Part shown: one piece after another, positions 58,923 through 64,000 of the stretch
Layout: each line of letters begins with the position of its first letter
Position numbering within the stretch: the first letter of the stretch is position 1
DNA from: an uncultured delta proteobacterium
GTDB lineage: Bacteria > Desulfobacterota > RBG-13-43-22
Reading direction: 5' to 3'
Assembly (NCBI GenBank): GCA_963843145.1
Contig: CAWJJC010000028.1
Coordinates: 672,001-736,000, forward strand
DNA length: 64,000 nt
Position numbers and translations under genes: made by a program
Notes under the pieces: model-generated
Told to the model about the DNA's origin: nothing
The model's database searches: none
Seen by the model: only the letters and a program-made list of their open reading frames with translations

Positions 58923-59479
58923 GAAGAAGGGGGGAGTCCCTTCCCCTGGGCCCAGCGATACAATTCCTCGCAGGTGGGGCAGAGTTCGGTCCCTTTGCAG
59001 TCCGTTTCCCCGAGCAGACAGGAGGAATTCATGACACATAAGGGATCGCGGCAATGGGTCAGGCCGAAGGTATGGCCCAATTCATGAATCGCTTCCTTGG
59101 CGATCCGCTCCCAATACAACTTCCGATCCGGATCCAATCCATAGGATTCCGGACGCAAACGAAAAAGGGAGATGATTGCCCCTTTGCCGGACACCTGGGC
59201 CTCGCCGAAAATGTATTTCATGATGGGGATGAATAAATCCACCGGAGTGACGCCCAAAACCTTCAACGTGTCCCCGGGCAGTTGCCGCAGCATTTTCTTC
59301 AATAAGCCGGTGGAATAGTACTGGTCCCGGTGGGAGTTATAACAACTCAAGGGCAAATCCTGGGTGGGGAGGAGTCTGCTGGGTGTCCCGAAGGCCGGTT
59401 CCACCGCTGATCGGATATGGAGCAGAATCTCCTCGGGAACCGGGCCCAGGGGAAGGAGGTAGATGACCGGATCGGACAT
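58919..59479 (-). CDS. Archaemetzincin-family zinc metalloprotease
   Basis: HELGHTFGLTHC...CVM...D.K...CPTC. Confidence 0.92.
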   Translation of the reverse strand: MSDPVIYLLPLGPVPEEILLHIRSAVEPAFGTPSRLLPTQDLPLSCYNSHRDQYYSTGLLKKMLRQLPGDTLKVLGVTPVDLFIPIMKYIFGEAQVSGKGAIISLFRLRPESYGLDPDRKLYWERIAKEAIHELGHTFGLTHCRDPLCVMNSSCLLGETDCKGTELCPTCEELYRWAQGKGLPPSS

Positions 59480-59487
59480 GGCGCGGG

Positions 59488-59757
59488 TTAAATCCGAAAT
59501 CCGAAATCGACTCGGCTGAGCTCGTCGCAGGCCGAAATCCGAAACAAATTCAAATGACCCAATTTCGAAATTCGAAACATTTCCTCCCCTCGGTATTGAG
59601 GCTTAGAAAGCAGCGAATCATGCGGCGTGATGATCCGGGGATTCACCCTTCTCCAACTCCGCCGTAGGTGGGAGCAAGAGGGGGGAGATGTTTCGATCAT
59701 TTGAATTTTGAACATTCGTGCTTGTTTCGAATTTCGTGTTTCGAATTTCGGATTTAA
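59488..59757. repeat. Palindromic miniature element, copy 2, with larger central insert
   Basis: TTAAATCCGAAAT...ATTTCGGATTTAA ends; arms shared with 11391-11523. Confidence 0.85.
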
Positions 59758-59803
59758 TACTCCGGTCCCATTTTTGAAACCGGTAAAAGCTTATTACTCT
59801 CGC

Positions 59804-61156
59804 CTACGTCCCTCGTTCAAATCCGTATTTTTTTATTTTGTTGTACAGGGTAACCCGATCGATGCCCAGGTCAACGGCGGTTTTGGAAATATTCCAGTGG
59901 TTTTCTTCCAGGATACGGCGAATGTGTTGTTTCTCCAGTTCCTGGAGGTTCTTGGACGAGGGTTCATTCAAGACCCCGGGGTTCGGTTGGAGAAAGGTAA
60001 AATCCTTGTCCGTCAGTTCGTGCCCCGGGCTGATAACCACGGCCCGCTCAATGGCATTTTCCAATTCCCGTACGTTTCCCGGCCAGTTATACTCCATCAA
60101 CAGCTCCAGGGCCGAGGGGGTCAGGCGTTCGATCTTTTTATTGATTTCGATGGCATAGCGTCGAAGAAAATGCTTGGCCAGCAGCGGGATGTCCTCTCTC
60201 CTTTCCCGCAAGGAGGGGAGGTGCAGGCCGACTACATTAAGCCGGTAGAAAAGGTCTGATCGGAAAATCCCCTGGGTAATGGCCTGCGCCAGGTCCCGAT
60301 TGGTGGCTGAGATGATCCGCACATCGACCTTAATCAGTTCCGTCCCGCCTAAGCGGCGAAAGGACTTTTCCTGCAAGACCCGTAACAGATCAATCTGTGT
60401 TTTTAGGGAAATCTCACCAACTTCATCTAAGAATAGAGTCCCCCCGTCCGCCATTTCGAAGCGCCCCTTTTTGGTGTGGGCGGCCCCGGTGAAGGCCCCC
60501 TTCTCGTAGCCGAAGAGTTCACTTTCCAGGAGGGTATCCGGCAAGGCCCCGCAACTGAGGGCAATAAAAGGTTCATAACGACGGGGACTGATGGCGTGAA
60601 TGGCCTTGGCCGCCAGTTCCTTCCCGGTACCCGATTCGCCGGTGATCAGGACCGTGGCCTGGGTGGGGGCCACATTTCGAATCAGCTCGAAGACTTGCTG
60701 CATGGCAGCGCTTTTCCCGATCAAATCTTCAAATTCGTACTTATCCTCCAATTTTTGCCGGAGCAGGATGTTTTCCAAAATGAGATTTTTGTGCTCCAGG
60801 ATCTTTTTGATCAACAGGGCCACTTCCTCGGGGTCGAAAGGTTTGACGATATAATCATAGGCCCCGGATTTTATGGCCTCCACAGCGGTATTCACCGACC
60901 CATAGGCGGTCATGATTATGACTTCGATGTCCGGGAACTCTTTTTTTACCTCCAGCAATACCTGAAGGCCGTCCATCCCGGGCATTTTGAGGTCCAGGAG
61001 CACCACCTGGAAGGGGGCCTGTCTGATTTTTTTCAGGGCCTGGATCCCGTTTTCCGCGGCTTCCACCTGATAACTTTCCTCTTTCAACCAATTGGTTAGG
61101 GATTCCCGGACGATTTGTTCGTCATCGACGATGAGGATTCTGGGCTGTTCGGTCAT
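59804..61156 (-). CDS. sigma54-dependent response regulator (NtrC family)
   Basis: REC, GESGTGKE, GAFTGA, WPGNVRELEN, HTH. Confidence 0.95.
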   Translation of the reverse strand: MTEQPRILIVDDEQIVRESLTNWLKEESYQVEAAENGIQALKKIRQAPFQVVLLDLKMPGMDGLQVLLEVKKEFPDIEVIIMTAYGSVNTAVEAIKSGAYDYIVKPFDPEEVALLIKKILEHKNLILENILLRQKLEDKYEFEDLIGKSAAMQQVFELIRNVAPTQATVLITGESGTGKELAAKAIHAISPRRYEPFIALSCGALPDTLLESELFGYEKGAFTGAAHTKKGRFEMADGGTLFLDEVGEISLKTQIDLLRVLQEKSFRRLGGTELIKVDVRIISATNRDLAQAITQGIFRSDLFYRLNVVGLHLPSLRERREDIPLLAKHFLRRYAIEINKKIERLTPSALELLMEYNWPGNVRELENAIERAVVISPGHELTDKDFTFLQPNPGVLNEPSSKNLQELEKQHIRRILEENHWNISKTAVDLGIDRVTLYNKIKKYGFERGT

Positions 61157-61165
61157 ACCTCCTCC

Positions 61166-63610
61166 TTAGGGGGCCTCGATCTCTTGGACGGGGAGCTGAA
61201 CCCGAAAGGTGGTCCCCTGTCCCGGCGTACTATCTACCTTGATCAGTCCCTGGTGGTTATCGATAATGCCGTAGGAAACGGAGAGCCCCAACCCCACCCC
61301 CTTCCCCTCGGCCTTGGTGCTGAAAAAAGGTTCAAAGAGGTTGTCCAGGTGTTCCCGGGGGATGCCGATGCCGTTGTCCCGGATTTCCACCTCGATAAGT
61401 TTTCCTTTGGGCAGGAACCGGCTGGCGACGACCAGGGTACCCCCCTGGGGCATGGACTCCACCCCGTTGATGATGATATTCATCAGGGCCTGCTGAATCT
61501 GCTTGAAATCACAGGTAACCGGCGGCAGATCGGAGCCGAGCTGGCGAAGGAGCGTTACCCCCGAGATCTCAATTTTATGGGTCAGGATGCCCAAGGCCTG
61601 CTCGATAATATCGTTGATCGGAACCGGTTCTTTGCGTACCACCGAGGGCCGGGAAAAGGAGAGCAGGTTCTTGACGATCTCGCCGCAACGGGCGGTTTCC
61701 TTTTCCATAATGGTCAGGAAGCCTTTGATATCCTCCAGCCGTTCCGGGCTGGCCGGACCCTTGGCAAAAATCTTGATCAATAACTTGATATAATTCAAGA
61801 CCCCGGCGATGGGGTTATTGATTTCATGGGCGATGGTGGCCGCCAGTTTTCCCAGAGAGGCCAGTCGGGCCGACTGGATCAGTTGTTCCTGGGTGGATTT
61901 CAGTTCCTCATAGGCCTGTTCAATCTCTTGAATATTCCGGCGGATAACCCGTTCCGCCCGCCGCTGTTCGGTCACGTCCTGCAGGGTGGTGATGGCCGCC
62001 TGGATCCGCCCCTCGGGATCGCGGATCGGAGCGGCCAGGAAGAAGATTTCTCGCCCTCCCTGCCCCAGGGAGGGAAAGAAATCCTCGGCTTGGTAGGCTC
62101 CGGGGATTATGGGCGATTCCTTTAGCCCTTTATCTCCATAATACCGTTTCAAAATAGAGTAATCCTCTTCCAGGATGCCATCGGCCAGAATGGGGCGGGG
62201 TTCCGAATAGAAGGCCTGCCACTGGTTATTCGTGCCGATCAGCTCCCCGGTTTTCTTCCCGGTAAGCAGTTCACAGGCCTTGTTCCAGTGGATGATCCGG
62301 TGAGACCGGTCCACGACAAAAGTGGCTACGGGCGAACCTTCCAAGATCCCTTCAATGGTCTTTTTTTCTTTGACCAGCACCCGTTCGGCTTTTTTTTGTT
62401 CGGTAATATCCTTGATCAGCAACACATAGCCGATGACCTGGGATTGGGAATCCTTGAGCACATTTCCGGAAAGGAGGGCCTCTATCTCCGCCGCTCCTCT
62501 GACTTGTAACTGGGTTTCAAAATCCCGTACCAGGCCGAACTGGCGGATTTGATCCCGGACGGAAAACCAGTCCGAAGGAGAAATAAAAAGGGAAGCCACG
62601 TTAATCGATTCCAAGACCTCAATTTTGGAATTATGGCCGAGGAGCTTTATGCCTGCCAGATTGATATCCAGCAAGCGGCCGGAAGGGTTGGTCAGTAGAA
62701 TTCCATTTTGAGATTCTTGGAAAATAAGCCGGTATTTTTCTTCGGATTTTCGGAAATCATCGGTACGTTCCTCCACAATTTTTTCCAGGTCCTGCGTATA
62801 GCTAGATATGCGATCGCTCATTTCATTGCAGGCCCGGGCCAGGCTCCCGATTTCATCTTCGGTTTCTATCGGAATATAGGTCCTGGGGCCTTTGCCGCCT
62901 ATTTCGAGAGTCCCTTGAAGGAGCCGTTTAATCGGGCGATTCACAAAGAAGAGGATATATCCGATAATAATGGCCGTAATGAATAAAAACAGAACCAGGT
63001 CGAATAAAACGGTGTTAATGATGTTGCGGCGAATCTCCTGATCGATACGGAAGAGGGAGGTGGTTACTTCCAGGAGGCCCAATTTGCGTTCTTTGGGAGA
63101 ATGGGCGTGACAGGGGGCGGTGGAGCAACTGGTTTCATTAGGTAGGGGCGTGATGATGCTGAGCACATGCTCTTGCCCTGTTCCTCTTTCAAACCGAGCC
63201 CGCTGGGAGAGGGACAGTTTTTCCAACGGCACGGAGACCCCGTGGCAGACCGTGCAAGCCGAGTCCTGTTTCGTCAGCGCGGTTCCGATTTCACTGACCC
63301 GAGAGGAATACCTGACTACCCCTTTTTTGCTGAAAACCCGGATGTTTTCGATCCCCTCCTGGCTTCCGAGGGCCTCGACGATCTTGAGTACATGCGGCCG
63401 GTCGTTCAGCAGCATTCCGAAGCGGGTGGCCCGCTGGACGGTTTCACTGAATCGTTCGGCCCGCAGGATAAGCCGGGTGAGCAATTGTTGCCGTAAATCG
63501 CGGATATTAAAAAAGGTAAAGGACCCGATGGACAGGAGCAGGATGAGCCCCACCGAAAAGCCCATTTTCCAGGCCAGGCTTTTTCTAAGGCGTGACACCA
63601 CTGGGATCAA
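61166..63610 (-). CDS. Sensor histidine kinase with periplasmic heme-c motifs, HAMP and two PAS domains
   Basis: CTVCH and CSTAPCH between TM segments; AHEINNP, EPFFSTK, GLGL. Confidence 0.92.
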   Translation of the reverse strand: MIPVVSRLRKSLAWKMGFSVGLILLLSIGSFTFFNIRDLRQQLLTRLILRAERFSETVQRATRFGMLLNDRPHVLKIVEALGSQEGIENIRVFSKKGVVRYSSRVSEIGTALTKQDSACTVCHGVSVPLEKLSLSQRARFERGTGQEHVLSIITPLPNETSCSTAPCHAHSPKERKLGLLEVTTSLFRIDQEIRRNIINTVLFDLVLFLFITAIIIGYILFFVNRPIKRLLQGTLEIGGKGPRTYIPIETEDEIGSLARACNEMSDRISSYTQDLEKIVEERTDDFRKSEEKYRLIFQESQNGILLTNPSGRLLDINLAGIKLLGHNSKIEVLESINVASLFISPSDWFSVRDQIRQFGLVRDFETQLQVRGAAEIEALLSGNVLKDSQSQVIGYVLLIKDITEQKKAERVLVKEKKTIEGILEGSPVATFVVDRSHRIIHWNKACELLTGKKTGELIGTNNQWQAFYSEPRPILADGILEEDYSILKRYYGDKGLKESPIIPGAYQAEDFFPSLGQGGREIFFLAAPIRDPEGRIQAAITTLQDVTEQRRAERVIRRNIQEIEQAYEELKSTQEQLIQSARLASLGKLAATIAHEINNPIAGVLNYIKLLIKIFAKGPASPERLEDIKGFLTIMEKETARCGEIVKNLLSFSRPSVVRKEPVPINDIIEQALGILTHKIEISGVTLLRQLGSDLPPVTCDFKQIQQALMNIIINGVESMPQGGTLVVASRFLPKGKLIEVEIRDNGIGIPREHLDNLFEPFFSTKAEGKGVGLGLSVSYGIIDNHQGLIKVDSTPGQGTTFRVQLPVQEIEAP

Positions 63611-63706
63611 ATCAGCCTCCCTTGAGGCAGGGTCCGGGGAGATTCGACTGGTTATAAAAAGGGTGGTGGAAGCGGTCTCTAGCCCTTATCTTCTGAGGGC
63701 CTCCCT

Positions 63707-64000
63707 CTAAGTGAACTTCAGGCGGACAGCTCCGGCGGGAAATCCCTCCACAGACAAGATGGGGGACCCGGGATGGTCCGGCCGCGGACAAGGCCACTGC
63801 AGACCGCCTTGTTCCAATCGAGACACGGATAATCCGGCCCAGGCTGGGAGGTTCCGGGCGATTTCATCCAGGGTTTGTTCGGGGGTCAGTCGGGGCCAGG
63901 GGGTCCCCAAGCTGGCGGCCAAGCGGTGCAGAAGATCTCCGGTCCATAACGTTCCCGGTGAGGGCGGGATAGAGGGCTTCAGGAGTTGCACCCGTCTTTC
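63707..64000 (-). CDS. C-terminus of a formate dehydrogenase alpha-like molybdopterin protein (truncated by window)
   Basis: EIA...P.WAGLS..RL...GLQWPCP..DHPGSP.L. Confidence 0.65.
   Translation of the reverse strand, partial: ERRVQLLKPSIPPSPGTLWTGDLLHRLAASLGTPWPRLTPEQTLDEIARNLPAWAGLSVSRLEQGGLQWPCPRPDHPGSPILSVEGFPAGAVRLKFT

Noticed and set aside
1-64000. CRISPR array, tRNA, rRNA, prophage or integrase genes
   Set aside because: No regularly spaced identical repeats, cloverleaf, rRNA or recombinase motifs were seen by eye.

Overview
GC-rich chromosomal window of an anaerobic deltaproteobacterium (Desulfobacterota-like; inferred from gene content). 1-19.8 kb: one co-oriented redox/catabolic cluster, livGF - hdrA(HdrL-type) - mvhD(Sec) - metV - metF - hdrA2 - hdrA3::mvhD - hdrC - hdrB - lipoyl carrier (GcvH/LbpA-type) - FAD/CCG 2-hydroxyacid dehydrogenase - 2-hydroxyacyl-CoA dehydratase/BCR-family subunit - ATP-dependent activator - acyl-CoA ligase. 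21.8-29.4 kb: rpsB-tsf-pyrH-frr-uppS-cdsA-dxr-rseP-tsaB. 29-43 kb: two-component system, TPR proteins, a sigma54-preceded HTH/ExeA/TPR unit, a Tat sulfite-oxidase-family enzyme and a CLC. 43.9-48.3 kb: a lower-GC, integrase-less integron cassette array (six attC-like sites, minus strand) in which only the two toxin-antitoxin cassettes are intact, interrupted by a ~340-bp duplicate of the yhaM 5' end. 48.4-64 kb: cobA-hemD, hemC, gmhA, selA, recJ, archaemetzincin, and a heme-motif sensor kinase with an NtrC-family regulator. Intergenic gaps hold several families of short-period palindromic elements. Best candidates for something new: the Hdr/MetVF/lipoyl-carrier module and the cassette array joined to yhaM at a GTTAT site. 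All family calls are by-eye motif recognition; no searches were run.
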